This document shows positions 45,155 through 58,231 of a stretch of DNA of 64,000 bases, piece after piece (the stretch's first letter is position 1; each line of letters opens with the position of its first letter). The notes below the pieces were generated by a model, which worked only from the letters and a program-made list of their open reading frames with translations, did not search any database and was not told where the DNA came from. A program made the translations under genes and the position numbers. This DNA comes from Eledone cirrhosa. Lineage: Eukaryota. The stretch spans positions 54,994,001 through 55,058,000 of the forward strand of contig OZ024744.1 in the NCBI GenBank assembly GCA_964016885.1. Reading direction: 5' to 3'.

Positions 45155-48100
45155 AATGAAAAATTGAACAGGGACAGAACAGAGAGGCAGTACGATAAAT
45201 GTTTATTAAATTCACGCTCAGGAGAGTGGGGGGTAGGTGGGGGACGACGTTTCGGGCATAAGCCCTTCTTCAGGTGAGAGTTCAAAAGGTGTGTAGGGGA
45301 GTGGTGGAGAGACATATAGCGAAAGGAAACGGTGCGAATGAAAAATTAACAAATAAAGACAAAAATATAATAAATAATAAATAAAAATAAAGCATGATCA
45401 AAATACAAGGAATGAGAAAATTTAAAAATAAAGGCATGATCAAAATAAACTGAAATTAAAAGGGGGGTAAACAGGTGGTGGAAGGGTGTGGGGTGAGTAG
45501 GGGTGGTGGCGGGTGGCGTGGGGAGAGGGAGACGGGGTGTCCGAGCGGGGAGGGCTGAAGGTGGTGTGTGTGGTTAGGTGTGCGTGTGTGTGTGTGTGTA
45601 TGTGAAAGTGAGGGTTGGGGGAAGAACGGGGTTGCATGTTCAGGAAGGTGTGTGTGGGGGTGTTTTTGTGAGTCGGGGGGTCTGTGCGTGTGTGGATAGG
45701 GGGTGGGGGGAGAGGAATCAGGGGGCTGAGGGTGTAAATATGTGGTGGGAAGCACGTGTGTGTGGTTTAAGCGTGTTGTGGGTGTGGGTGGCGTGTGGAT
45801 AAAAAAAAATTTGGGGGTGTGTGTGTGTGGGTGAGTTATATAGGTGATGGTGTAAGAGGATGGTTGAAAAGTTGGTAAGTTACACGGATGTATGGAGATT
45901 TTGGTTAGAAGTCAATAACGCGTGTGGGTAATCCAAGAAGCGGTGGTCGGAAGAGGAGAGATGTGGGGTGCGCGCGCAACAGGAAGTGGTCAGCAGTGGA
46001 AGTGCTGTGGTCAGTTGGTGCTGAGACAGTGGTCGGAAGGGCATAGCAGCAGTCGGCGGAATAGTAGGGAGGCGAGGATGGGTAGGTGTGAGAGTTGGAG
46101 TGAGGAGGGTGTGTGTGTGTGTGTGTGTGTATTAGTAGGGGTGTTAGTGGGATGAGTGAGTGTGGAGCGGGGAGAGAAGGGTGTATGTGGTTCTATGGAG
46201 GGAGTGTGGTGTACTGGTGTGTGTGTAGTTTGGTGAAGAGGTGTTAGTGTGTGTTAGTATACGGGAGGTGGGGAGGGGTGGAATGCAGGTGTGAGTGGGG
46301 GTTAGTGGGGGTAGGGTGTGTAGAGTTGGTGGTGTACGAGGGTGTGTGGGTACGTGTGCGTGGGGTTGGAGGGTGTTAGTGATGTTAGTTGCGTGTGGGG
46401 TGGGTGGTGTAAGTGGGTGCGTGTGTGCGTGTGATAAGGAGGGGGGAGGGGGAGAAGAGGGGAGGGAAGGGATGTTAGTATGTTAGTTGGGGAAGGGTGG
46501 TCAGATGAGGGGTGGAGTGGAGGTGTTAGTATTGTTAGTGTGGGGTGGTGTTAGTGGTGTTAGTGGGGGATAAGTGTGGGGGGAGGGGGCGGTCGAACGC
46601 TAAAGGAATAAGGGTGGGGAGTTCAGGCCGGGGGGAGTGTGGGTCTGTAAGATGAAGATAGTGCGTTGTTCGACCGTAAGGCGATGGGCGGGTGTTCCGT
46701 GGCACTGGAGTAGGCCACAGACTGTGAGATGGCGTGCGGAGTGTCCAGGGCCACCAAAGTGGCGGGCGATGGGGGAACTGCCCCCGAGACGAATGTCCCG
46801 GAGGTGCTCCGTGACTCGGTCCGCCAGGCGACGTCCCGTCTGTCCGACATAAGTCGCGCTGCACTCCGTGCAACGAAGTCCGTAGACTAGGTTGGAGGAG
46901 GTGCAGCGGAAGGCATGCCGGACCGAGAGAGGGTGGCCGTTGGGACCCTGGGAGGTGGTGGTGTTGGTGATGTGGGGACAGGTGTTTCAGCGGGGCCTAG
47001 AACAGGGGAAGGAACCGGGGGGGAAACGGAGCGTGGGGGTAGGGAGGTAGGGAGCTGTGGGGGTAGGGAGCTGTGGACGAGGAGGGTGCGGAGATTGCGT
47101 GCGCGTTTGAAGGAGGGGAGTGGTGGGGTTGGGAAGATGTGGGAGGTGGAGGGGTCGGACTGGAGGCGTCGGAAGAGGCGGTGGATGGTGCGGTGGAGGG
47201 GTGCGGTGGAGGGGTGGTAGGTGATGGGGAAGGGGAGACGGTAGGTGGGTGTGCGGTGGCGTGGGGTGAGGGTGGTGGAGCGGGGGATAGCACGGGCGCG
47301 GGTGAGAGCGGTGTGGACGAGAGGGGGGGGAACCTCTGCGGATGAAATGGCTGACTAGGGAAAGGGCCTGGGACTCGAAGTCAGCATCTCGGCTACAGAG
47401 GCGGCGGATCCTGAGAAGTTGGGAGTAGGGAATGGAGAGTTTAGTGTGGGTGGGGTGGGAAGAGGTGAAGTCGAGGTAAGAGTGGGAGTCGGTGGGTTTG
47501 AAGAAGGCGGAGGTGACGAGGGAGTGGTGGGAGGGGTCGAAGGCGACGGAGATGTCCAAGAAGTGGACGTGGGTGGTGGAGATAGAGGTGGTGAAGTGGA
47601 GGGAGGGGTGGAAGGAGCAGAAGAAGGAGAGAAAGGAGTCGAGCTGTACTCGGGTGAGGGTCGTGGCTCCGATACAGTCGTCAATGTAACGACCGTACAG
47701 TTCGGGCGTGGGGCCGGTGTACTGGGCAAAGATTTGGGCCTCAACATGGCCAACAAAAAGGTTGGCATAGTTCGGGCCCATTCTTGTGCCCATGGCTACC
47801 CCCGTGACCTGTTGGTAAAACTCACCCGAGAAGGAGAAACAATTTAGGGTGAGGACCAGCTCGGCGAGGCGAAGGAGGGTGGGGGTGGAGGGAATGGGGG
47901 AGGGGCGAAGGTCGAGGTAGTGTTTGAGGGCGCGAAGGCCGTCGGCGTGGGGGATGACGGTATAGAGGGACTTGATGTCTAGGGTGAAGAGGAATGGCTG
48001 AGGGCCGGGTAGGTAGGTGAAGGAGTCGAAAAGGCGCAGGGCGTGGTTGGTGTCAGAGATGTGGGAGGGGAGGGTGGTGACAAGGGGGGCGAGGAGGGAG

Positions 48101-48535
48101 TCGAGAAAGGCGGAGATGAGTTCGGTGGGGCAGTTGCAAGCGGAGACGATGGGGCGGCCGGGGTTGTCGGGTTTGTGGAGTTTGGGGAGGAAGTAGATGG
48201 TGGGGGTGCGGGGGGTGCGGACGATGAGGTGGGAAGCGGTGGGGGGGGGAGGCGATAAGGTCTTTGATGGTGGAGGAGACTTGTTGTTGGTAGAGGAGGG
48301 TGGGATCGGAGGGTAGAGGGCAGTAAAAGAGGGGGTTACAGAGCTGCCTGAGGGCTTCGGCCGTGTAGAGGTCCGCGCACCATACCACCACGGCGCCTCC
48401 CTTGTCCGCCGGTTTGATGACGATGTCATCTCGGCTACGGAGGGAGCGGAGAACGAGGAGTTCGCCCCGTGAGATGTTGTGCCGTTTGGAACGGTGGCGG
48501 AAGTCGAAACGATTTACTGCGCTACGGCTGGCATC
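45155..48535 (-). mobile_element. 5'-truncated C-rich PLE (RT + GIY-YIG + 3' pLTR with hammerhead at 45244-45276)
   Basis: ORF 46987..48429: YFLPKLHK..PGRPIVS, LDIKSLYTVIP, QVTGVAMGTRMGPNYANLF, RYIDD, FLDI, KPTDSHSYL; frameshifted SSNLVYGLRC..C..TYVGQTGRRLADRVTEH...GLN at 46.6-46.9 kb; flanked by (TA)n. Confidence 0.93.
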
Positions 48536-48573
<38 letters not shown>

Positions 48574-49272
48574 ATATATATATCAGGTAAGTATGTTTTG
48601 AAACAGTGAGCGAGTTTGAAATTAGAAAATATATAGCTTTCACCGTATTTTTGACTAAAGGAATTTTAGCTTGATAACGGGGTTTAGAACCCTCAGATAA
48701 ATGGAAAAAGATGAGTATTGACGTACATCTAAACCCCGTTATCAAGCTAAAATTCCTTTAGTCAAAAATACGGTGAAAGCTATATATTTTGTAATATATA
48801 TATATATATATTTATAACAGACATTCCTCTCATTCTGACGTCACTAGTCCTGTCTCTACATGTGCGTTTATTTTCATAATTACGCATGATGTTGAACTAG
48901 CCTGCTTTTAAATTCCCTTTTTGGCATATTATAAACAGTGGTACTTTGGTTATCGTGTCTTTGAGCTCTGCTGATGATCGACTCCAACCGTGACCATCCC
49001 CACTGAAAGTTTCGTGAAATAGTCTTTTTTAAGACTATACAGAGCATTTGTAGTTTTTCCAAACTTTATTTTATTCTGAGTTAAGGCTCTATTGATTTTT
49101 CCCTGGATTTCACTAAATTCTGTGGATGAATCTATGTCCTGATTCTCTTTGAGATGAGTTTGAATTATTTTCCCACATCTTACGTTAACTATTTTTCCAT
49201 TTTGACGTTATAGTCACTTATATATTATGAAATACTGTTGGCTTCTTGCTCACAATAATTTCTATACTTTTC

Positions 49273-49353
<81 letters not shown>

Positions 49354-49359
49354 TGGTTA

Positions 49360-50150
49360 CACAACAGTTAATTCACCATACCGAGAACAATTGTTTCACC
49401 TTCGCGGATCTTCAGCTCGGGATGTATATGGTTATAGGAACAAGAAGGACAACCGTGCGAGCGCGCATGCGCAGACACTCGGTCACTTCACACAGGCAAT
49501 AGTAGACTGCGTGCGGGGGGGGGGTGTAAGGGAGATAACTGCGAAAGTCCGGAAAGTTTTTTGCTTGAAAATAAAATAAAAAAATTTAAAAATAAAATTA
49601 CAAAGAATCAGTCCGGAGCCTTGTAATTATGCAATAGATGTTTGGTGACGTGTGGACAACGTGTGAAAAATTCACTTCTCGTGTTTAGGCAATCACTATT
49701 GCGTAAACTCTTTAGGATAGTTATTCGTTCGTCAATGCATAAGCCACACGTCGGATTTCCCCTTGCGTATGGCTTGGATTTAGTGGTGGCTTTCCATTGA
49801 ATGGAGTACCCTATACTTGAGTCCTTGAGGGACCATACGTGGCTCGCGAGTTTCATGGATGAACGTCTGTCCGGGTATCTGAAGGTAGACTGGTGGTTCA
49901 GGAAACGCTCCTTGAATCGGCCCTCCGCCATGCCCACATAGGATTTGACCTCTTGTGGTTCGTTTGGTCGGTTGGAAGTGACCACAGCTTCATCTGTTCC
50001 TATAACCATATACATCCCAAGCTGAAGATCCGCGAAGGTGAAACAATTGTTCTCGGTATGGTGAACTAACTGCTGTGTAACCACTTCTATCTAACTCGTC
50101 CCTTGAACTGAGTGCTCTACCACTACGGATATTACCTTCCAGTGTTCCAC

Positions 50151-50155
<5 letters not shown>
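49360..50155 (-). mobile_element. Truncated PLE (GIY-YIG end) with inverted partial pLTR; hammerheads at 49381-49420 (-) and 50017-50056 (+)
   Basis: SYVGMAEGRFKERFLNHQSTF...LASHVWSLK...CGLCIDE...LNTRSE; 49362-49440 is inverted at 49996-50086; CCGAG-CTGAAGA-TCC-GCGAA-GGT-GAAAC-AATT-GTT-CTCGG. Confidence 0.9.
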
Positions 50156-50230
<75 letters not shown>

Positions 50231-50233
<3 letters not shown>

Positions 50234-50645
50234 TAAACGGAATAGAAAATGGTGACAAATTGATCACAGTGAAAAATAGTTTAATTAGGAATAAGTGAGA
50301 ATTAGTAATTGTATTGGTTAGTATTCAGTTTTGGTTTTAAGTTTACCGGTTGAGCATTTCTAAATGCTTTTCAAAAATAATTTTGAGATAGAGCGTCCGT
50401 GATGTTTGCTCTGATCTGTGATCCGTGATGTTTGCCCAGATCAGAGCAAACATCACGGACGCTCTATCTCAAAATTATTTTTGAAAAGCATTTAGAAATG
50501 CGCAACCGGTAAACTTAAAACCAAAACTGAATACTAACCAATACAATTACTAATTCTCACTTATTCCTAATTAAACTATTTTTCACTGTGAACAATTTGT
50601 CAGCATTTTCTATTCCGTTTACCAATATATAATAACTTGTGTGTT
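50231..50645. repeat. Fold-back hairpin made of the 3' end of the 37-40 kb PLE family
   Basis: 50231-50418 is inverted at 50437-50625; arms match 39900-40090. Confidence 0.88.
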
Positions 50646-50660
50646 ACACCTCTATTCTTT

Positions 50661-50699
<39 letters not shown>

Positions 50700-51069
50700 G
50701 AAAACCATGAACATAACATTAACTTATAACCATCTCTTCTCATGAATAAACAGAAGATAGATATAGTGAAGATAAATATTATTAACTTTCTTTATAATTA
50801 CTATTGCTAATGATAATGAACAAAGCTTTTAGTGTTCAATTGTAAAGAGACACACGATGTAAATCCTAGATAAGATAAAGAACTACTTGCACGTTGAAAT
50901 AAATGTTATAAAATACTGCAAAACTTTCATGAAATGTCATAAATTATCACCAGATTTTTTTTTAAGTATCTGTCATATAACTTAGGATTTTTCATTAAGT
51001 TAATATTATAGAGTCGTGGTGATAGATATAGAAGTGTTAAGTGGTAGGTTGGATATCGTGTATAGAGAG

Positions 51070-51530
51070 AGTTGGTGGTGGCAGTGGCAGTGGTGGTGGT
51101 GGTGGTGGTGGTGGTGGTGGTGGTGGTGGTGGTGGTGGTGGTGGTGGTGGTGGTGGTGGTGGTGGTGGTGGTGGTGGTGATGGGGGGGGGGGGGTGGCGT
51201 TGGGGGTGGTGTTGGTGGTGTTGGTGGTGTTGGTGGTGGTGCTGATGTTGTTGGTGGTGTTGGTGGTGATGGTGGTGATGGTTCGTGGTGGTGGTGTTGG
51301 TGGTGGTGGTGTTTGTGGTGGTGGTGTTGGTGGTGGTGTTGGTGGTGGTGGTGGTGGTGTTGGTATTGGTGGTGGTAGTGGTGATGGTGGAAATAGATAT
51401 ATAAGTGTGATGCAGGGTGTGGTATTAAATATAGAGCTGGTGGTGAAGATGATTGTTGTGGTCGTCGTGGAGGTGTGTACTGATGGCGATGGTGATGATA
51501 GTGATGGTCATGGTGGTGGTGGTGGAGCAG
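51070..51530. repeat. (GGT)n complex tract
   Basis: Direct reading. Confidence 0.9.
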
Positions 51531-51639
51531 CATTCTTTTAGCTTTCAGTTTTGGGAATGTTATATTATCTACTGTCCGTCCTTCCTCAACTCATCCCTCC
51601 ACCGACTTTAGCTAAAACACCGAGTGGTGAATGGTGGAC

Positions 51640-52330
51640 CAGTAACTCGAATTGACGATGGTCTCACTGTCTCCGCTCAGTATGCAGGTTACTAATGCAA
51701 CTGGGATGACATCAAATGCAGTTCAGCCTGCCCAAGGATCAATTCTTCCTTGTACCAATACTGTCTGACATACTTCTAGTCTACCTCGCAGACAAACTAG
51801 CACATGGCTCAATTCGGTGTTCTCCTCATCAACCGGTACACTTCTTGATGATGAGGGCACCCAGATCGGAGTGAAACGGTGCTTTGGGTTCCGCATGTGA
51901 ACCACACAAACACCTTTGCGAAGCCACTATAGATGCGTTTAGATTACATCTACTCCTAGTCACCCCAGTGCACGTCGGTTCTCTTAGCATGCTACCTTAT
52001 ACCATAGAAAGAGCCTTCACGAGGCTGGTTCCCCTTCACAACTGGAACCTACTGGCCTCAACCAGAGTGACGGTAATTACCTGGAGGGGATAACCATTTC
52101 CAGTTCGAAGTGTGTAAATCTCTAAACTGGTATACACATGCTGCACACATTCTTCGATTCCGACTTTATGTCACATGCTGTCAAAAACTCGGGCACTGCT
52201 GCCCATGGCACAGAGGATCAAAAGGCAACCAAATACCAAGATGCCATGGGCACCACATAAAGGGGGCACCATTTGGACTAGGAGCACATTCTATTAAAGT
52301 CAAATAAGCCTCGTTGGAGAGTTTAAAAAT
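51640..52330 (+). mobile_element. Decayed CRE-clade fragment
   Basis: WLNSVFSSSTGTLLDDEGTQIGV...CEPHKHLCEATIDAF...PSQLEPTGLNQSDG..LEGITI...KSL; related to 18.1-18.8 kb. Confidence 0.72.
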
Positions 52331-53055
52331 AAACTCCTTCAGACATATGATCTGTCTTTGATTATCATGAGTGAGAACACTATGGTGGTTGGATCATTAA
52401 ACCGTTTATATAAGTTATTAGGCCTCCATAGGTAAAAATATAGTGCTGGGCAGGGGACCAATTTCATTGATTGACATAGGTGCTATTTTCCCTAGTTATA
52501 CCTCTGGATGCATCTCACCTATGTAAAAACCCCATGATTGGCTCTGGCAATGCTTTTGACACCTTGTCTGCGAGGTGCTGCTGAGATATACCACGTAGTC
52601 AACGGTGTAGAGTTTACCCCGCCCCTCTCTCTCATCCGCCTTTTCATTATTTAATTTTTCTTTCTATCTCCTTTTTTTTTCTCTTCCTGTTAATTATTTT
52701 TAATGTATCTGTCTCCCCTCCCACCCCCACCCCGCAATACTTTCATTATTGTATACTTCTGTTAACACTTCAATGAAGCATGAAACAAACTACCAACATC
52801 GGTTGTTAGCTGTCGGGACACTGCATCCTTCAAAACTTCCATGCTTCCCGAAATTCACTAACACTATACCTGATATCCCCCTGACTGTTCACTTTCCTAA
52901 CATTTGTACATTATTCTATGTACTATACATGCACTTTTGATGAGTTGTAGTGCACCTGAGCACTGTACACAATAATTTTCATTATCATTATTATTTTATT
53001 AAAGTATTCAGAATAAAGTAATATTTTATCTTATCGATTCTTAAGGTAGATACAT

Positions 53056-53223
53056 GTGCCGGATTTAGGATAAATGAGGCTCTGTGTTAGTTAAGTTATG
53101 AGGCCCCTTACTTAGGACCTCATAACTTGAAACATTTTTGGGGACTGGAAGATGTCCCCCACCGCATCCTGGCCAATGGGACCCTGGCTTAAGCACACCT
53201 AAGCACAATAGTAAATCTGGCAC
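53056..53223. mobile_element. Small MITE-like element
   Basis: Terminal inverted GTGCCGGATTTA / TAAATCTGGCAC. Confidence 0.5.
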
Positions 53224-53239
53224 TGGATACAACTACTAT

Positions 53240-53565
53240 TTTTTAATTAGAAGTCTTAGATGTGAAATGTAAACATATTATATTTAGAACAGGTAGTTTC
53301 TCTATTTTGTCAACATAATTATCATCATAATATATTACAAAGAAAAAGAAAGAAAATGGAAAGGAAAAAAGAAAAGAAAAACATAAGCAGGTAATACACA
53401 CATCTCGGACCACATACAACAAAAGACAGGCGAATGGGGTGGACAAACAAACCGCTACCAGAGTAAAAGGTAGCAATATCACGAGGAGCACTGGTAAACC
53501 TCTGTAATAATTTTTCAGGCAAGCCAGCACGCTTGCAGCGTTACCCCGGGTGATGGCGAGGTTAT
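53240..53565 (-). mobile_element. CRE-clade extreme 3' end plus 3' UTR
   Basis: LAITRGNAASVLACL matches the CRE C-terminal (I/V)QRGNAA.(V/I)L motif. Confidence 0.6.
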
Positions 53566-53845
53566 TTCTCCACACACAGAAAAAGACAATTAATTATGCT
53601 GCCAAACATATGCACGTCATACAAATTACGCTAGCTATTTCAACTATTTCCAATATTATGTATGACATATATAGCGTTGCTATAGCAATACTCCTTCCCA
53701 CGCAGAATTATATGGTCGTTTTTATTCTCAGATGAGGCAATAATAATAGTTGAAATGCTGGCATAAAAATAGTCATTTTTGAAAACTTATTATTATTATA
53801 TGAGAAAAACATACATATTTTAACAATTCTCAGAATCAAAAGCAA

Positions 53846-53899
<54 letters not shown>

Positions 53900-53911
53900 C
53901 ATATACATGTA

Positions 53912-54305
53912 TCATCATCATCATCATCATCATCATCATCGTTTTACGTCTATCTTCCATGCTAGCATGGGTTTAGACGGGAATTGTCCCACTTGAAGCA
54001 AGATTGGTCGGGTAACCATGTCTCGCTCGTATAGGACTATCTGGCAGGTTTTCTACGGCTGGATGCCCTTCCTAACACCAACCACATTTACAGTGTGGAC
54101 TGGGAGGTTTTTACCGTGTTACCTACACGACCACATTACAGCGTGTACTGTGTGTTTTCTTTTTTGTCGTGACACCTACACGACCTCGTTTATTTAGGAC
54201 TGGATGGTGTGGTACCAAGATAACTTTACAGAGAGAGGGTGGTGTTGGTGGGAGTGGGGGAGTTTGGGTAGTGGGAGGGGGTGTATATTTGATTAAGAGG
54301 TGCCT
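53912..54305 (-). mobile_element. RTE 3' UTR with (GAT)n tail (family of 662-2385)
   Basis: Close sequence match to 1828-2185. Confidence 0.85.
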
Positions 54306-54339
54306 ATATATATATATGTGTGTGTGTGTATGTATGTAT

Positions 54340-54765
54340 GACCATCCAAAATCACTGGGAGAGATGACCCCTTAGCCTTTGTCAAGGCAGAATTCTAGGA
54401 GAAGGAAAACTCTGATATAACACCTGCAACCCTGATGGTATCCAATGATGTTGACTTGTTCTTCTTTTTAGTAAATATCATCTTGGTTAAGAGAGTGGGA
54501 CTGGCTTTGTGTAGTGCCTTTGCTCACTATAAAAGCTTCACGGCACAGACATTGCTTTATATCTGGAGATCTCTCTGCACTTGTCATCACATGGTACCAT
54601 GGGCCCAGCACAATGTGTCAATAATTGTCACAAGTGTAGTGTTTGTACCAGAGTTTTCAAGTTGCTGGCTGGACTAAAAAGTCACACTCATTCAGTGCAT
54701 CGGTAGGGGTTCTCCTACATGGATATAAAGTAGTGGCCGTACTCGAAAACGAGTTGGCAGCCACC
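54340..54765 (+). mobile_element. Non-autonomous RTE-derived element, copy 1
   Basis: Near-identical to the 59.5-61.15 kb copies; ends in a C2H2 finger remnant and (ATGT)n. Confidence 0.75.
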
Positions 54766-54776
54766 ATGTATGTATG

Positions 54777-55206
54777 TTCTTCTGGTTTTATAATTTCACA
54801 AAGTTTTACCAATAGAGAGAGAGTCGGTTTCTAACATAGACACAAGACTTTCTCATTGGAATTTAGACAACATCAACTAGGTAGATATGTATGTATGCAT
54901 GCATGTGTAGATATGGATGTTATTGTATGTGTGGATCTGTATGTTTTGAGTTGTATGTGTGCATGTGTATACGCTTTGTATCTGTACATGTGTATATGCA
55001 GTTATTAGATGCAAAATTTTTGGAATGTTTTACATATTTTTACTGTTCCATTAATGGATTGTACTTGTAATTTCCTAACTAGTTGTGTTCTTTCTGTTCC
55101 TGTGAAGCCTAGCTTCTCAAGATTTGTATTGAGGCAGTTACTAACATATCCCAGTGCCCCAATAATCACAGGCATAAATATTAAGGTGTAATCAGGGTGG
55201 AGTATC
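54777..55206 (-). mobile_element. R4/Dong-like family B, 3' fragment
   Basis: MPVIIGALGYV...QVQSINGTVKICKTFQK; same 3' UTR as 58977-59465. Confidence 0.8.
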
Positions 55207-55260
55207 TATGTATGTATGTATGTATGAATATATGTATGTATACATATGCATGCATGTATG

Positions 55261-56055
55261 TATCTCTTTTAATTTCAACTACATTTTTGACCGGCCACCT
55301 TCCTGGTGGTAAGGTTGTAAAAGAAAAGAAATTGTCATCCCTTGAATCACAAGAATGTTTTGCAAATTTTGAAGGTGCCAGCTATGGCAGCCATTTTTAG
55401 TCTATGAATTAGGGAGCTATGCTCTTTGTCCACAAATCCAAGTTCAGTTATTTTTTGGTCCAAGCAGGTTGGTATATAACCTGTAGCTCCAATAATGATG
55501 GGTATGAAGCTGAAGGTGTATCTTGGACACTGGATCTGAAAACTCCTCATCAATGGTCCGTAGATGTCCTCCTTCTCTTGTATCTTTCTTACGTTGACAT
55601 CAAGTGGGCAGCTGATCTCTACAACAGAACACGTTTTCAATGTGTGGTCCTAAACAATATCAGGCTGGTTGTGCTTTAATTTGGTGTCAATTTATATTTT
55701 CAGGTTCCACCAGTATTCTTTAGTGCCATCTATCTCAACATATTCCTCCTCATTTGTTTTTCATTTTGTTTTCTTTAGTGTGCTCCAGATGGTTCTAGCT
55801 ATCACATGGTGTCTCATGGGAAGGCAGTAACGAGATGACATTCTTTCACAGTTGGCAACAATGTGGCTAACATCTTTGATCTTTGTTTTATAAAGCCTAC
55901 ATTTATTGTCAACTGATGGCCCTCCTATTTTGTGTAGCAGATATTTGGAAGCGATTTCTTGTTCCTGTATTACATAGCGATAACATTCAGGGTGTGATGT
56001 CATCAACTTGTCGCAACTCCATGCCAGGATTTTTGAATGGTTTATCCCCTCTATG
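55261..56055 (-). mobile_element. R4/Dong-like family A, 3' fragment
   Basis: Matches 61541-62345; frameshifted. Confidence 0.9.
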
Positions 56056-56104
56056 TATGTAAATATGTGTGTATGTATGAATGAATGTATATATGTATGT
56101 ATGC

Positions 56105-56566
56105 ATCTTAGTGAGGAAAGTGATTTTGGACATCCTGTGGGATGAACAACAAAACCCGTCAAAGGGTGGAGGAACTCAAGGGAGTGAACGGCCATCCAAT
56201 AAAGTATTGAGTGGGGTGGTGGGGTCATTGGAGTGAAAGAATCCTAGTCTTCATTAAGACATCTCTCTAGGAGAAGGTCATTCTGATGTAAAATCTTCGA
56301 TTTTGTTTGTATCCAATGATGTAGACCAGTTCTTCGTTTTGGGTAAATGCATTCGATGTTCAGAGAGTGGGATTGGCCCCATGCAAAGCCTTTCCTCACT
56401 TAAAAAGGCTTCAAGCACATGCATTGCTTGATATGTGATATTTTTTGTGATGTATGACATTGCTGGCCATAGGCAAGTCTCTAGCAGGACTAAAAAGCCA
56501 TATCTGTGATGCTCATGTTTAAGTATCAAGTGATGGCATTATTCAAAATCAAGTTACAGCCATCAT
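56105..56566 (+). mobile_element. Diverged relative of the non-autonomous RTE-derived element
   Basis: Shares GGCCATCCAA, TCTAGGAGAAGG...CTGAT, GTATCCAATGATGT, AGAGAGTGGGA.TGGC and a KSLAGLKSH remnant; (ATGT)n tail. Confidence 0.65.
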
Positions 56567-56896
56567 GTATGTATGTATGTTTGTATGTATGCGAATGTAT
56601 GTATGTGAATGTATGTATGTACGAGTAAATGTATGTATCAAATATTAAGCAAGCAAACCAATCAAAGAGGAGAGATAGGTGATTAGTTAAGCAGATTACA
56701 AGCCAGTAGAGAGGAGGTTAGTGTGCTCGATGCATATAGATTGCAAGACAAGTGAACCAAACAAGTAGATGGAAGAAAATATGTATAGCAAAATTTTTAT
56801 AACCAGAGCTAAAAAGCATGTATTAAATATTGGAGAAAACAGCAATAATTTTTGAATACATATATTTATTGGCTGATAACTTGTTTGTATGTATGT

Positions 56897-57535
56897 GAGA
56901 GCCAACAGTGAGATGGTTCTACTACCACACACTCCACAGTACATTGCAGTGGCTTAATTTGCAAGTCAGTTGGTGGACTGACCAGACATAGTAAAATTCA
57001 CGAAGATACACCCTCACCAGTTTTGCCAGGAGACAGACAGTTCAAGTGTCACATCTGTGAATGTACCTGCAAAACAAAAACACCTGCATGCACAAGAAGT
57101 AGCAATCAGCATGTATGTATGAAACTTGGCATGGAATGGTGAATGATGGGGGTCCATAATTTTGAGGACAGACATATAGAGCATGAGAAGATCAAACGGG
57201 ATGTGCGTAAGCAATGCTCTGGTGTATCTCTCGAAATGATCGGTGTCTCCATTGAATTGGTGTGCCCTGAGTGTGGAAATATTTGCTTGAGCAAATCTGG
57301 TCTCAGGAACCACAGTCAGGCCCATGTTCAAAGAGAACCAGTGAACTAGGATCTCCACGGTATAGTGAAAGTTCACAGGCAACCTGATGTAAGACCTGAG
57401 GCCAGGGAATCCATAGTTGTCGTCAATGTGCGAAGGCGTGCAAGTCTCTAGCAGGCTTGAAAAGCCATATCCGAGCGTCATATATCTGAATCTGACAAGC
57501 GATTGCAATACTCTTGGCATAGTTTGCAGCTATTA
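56897..57535 (+). mobile_element. Two RTE-clade 3' ends encoding C2H2 zinc fingers (56897-57112, 57120-57535)
   Basis: CSGLICKSVGGLTRHSKIH...FKCHIC; GVHNFEDRHIEHEKIKR...CPECGNICLSKSGLRNH...CRQCAKACKSLAGLKSH; each ends in (ATGT)n. Confidence 0.75.
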
Positions 57536-57545
57536 TGTATGTATG

Positions 57546-58077
57546 TTATCTCTTTCTCTTAATTTCGAATACATTTTTGACTGGCCACCTTCCTGGTGGC
57601 AAGGTTGTAAAAGAAAAGAAATCTTCATCCCTTGAATCGCAAGAATGTTTTGCAAATTTTGAAGGTGCCAGCTATCACAGCCATTTGTAGTCTACGAATT
57701 AGGGAGCTATGCTCTTTGTCCACAAATCTAAGTTCAGTTATATATTGGTCCAAGCGGGTTGGTATATAACCTGTAGCTCCAATAATGATGGGTATGAAGC
57801 TAAAGGTGTATCTTGGATACTGGATCTGCAAACTCCTCATCAATGGTCTTCCTGTATTTTTCTGACAAATTTTACATCAAGTGGGCAGCTGATCTCTATA
57901 AGAGAACATATTTTCAATGTGTGGTCTCAAACAACAATATCAGGCCAGTTGTGCTTTAATCTGGTGGCAGTTTTTATTTTCAGGTTCCATTAGTATTCTT
58001 TAGTGCCATCTATCTCAACATATTCCTCCTCATTTGTTTTTAATCTTGTCTTCCTAAGTGCGCTCCAGATGGTTCTA
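57546..58077 (-). mobile_element. R4/Dong-like family A, 3' fragment
   Basis: FIPIIIGATG...[14 protein letters not shown]; same 3' UTR as 61541. Confidence 0.9.
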
Positions 58078-58231
58078 TGTATGTATGTACGTATGTATGT
58101 ATGTATGTATGTATGTATGTATGTATGTATGTATGTATGTATGTATGTATATATATATGTATGTATGTATATATATATATATGTATGTATGTATGTGTGT
58201 ATGTCTGTATGTATATATGTATATATATATG

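Noticed and set aside
56940-57480. Host C2H2 zinc-finger gene exons
   Set aside because: Fingers follow an RTE C-terminal motif and end in (ATGT)n tails; no canonical TGEKP linkers.
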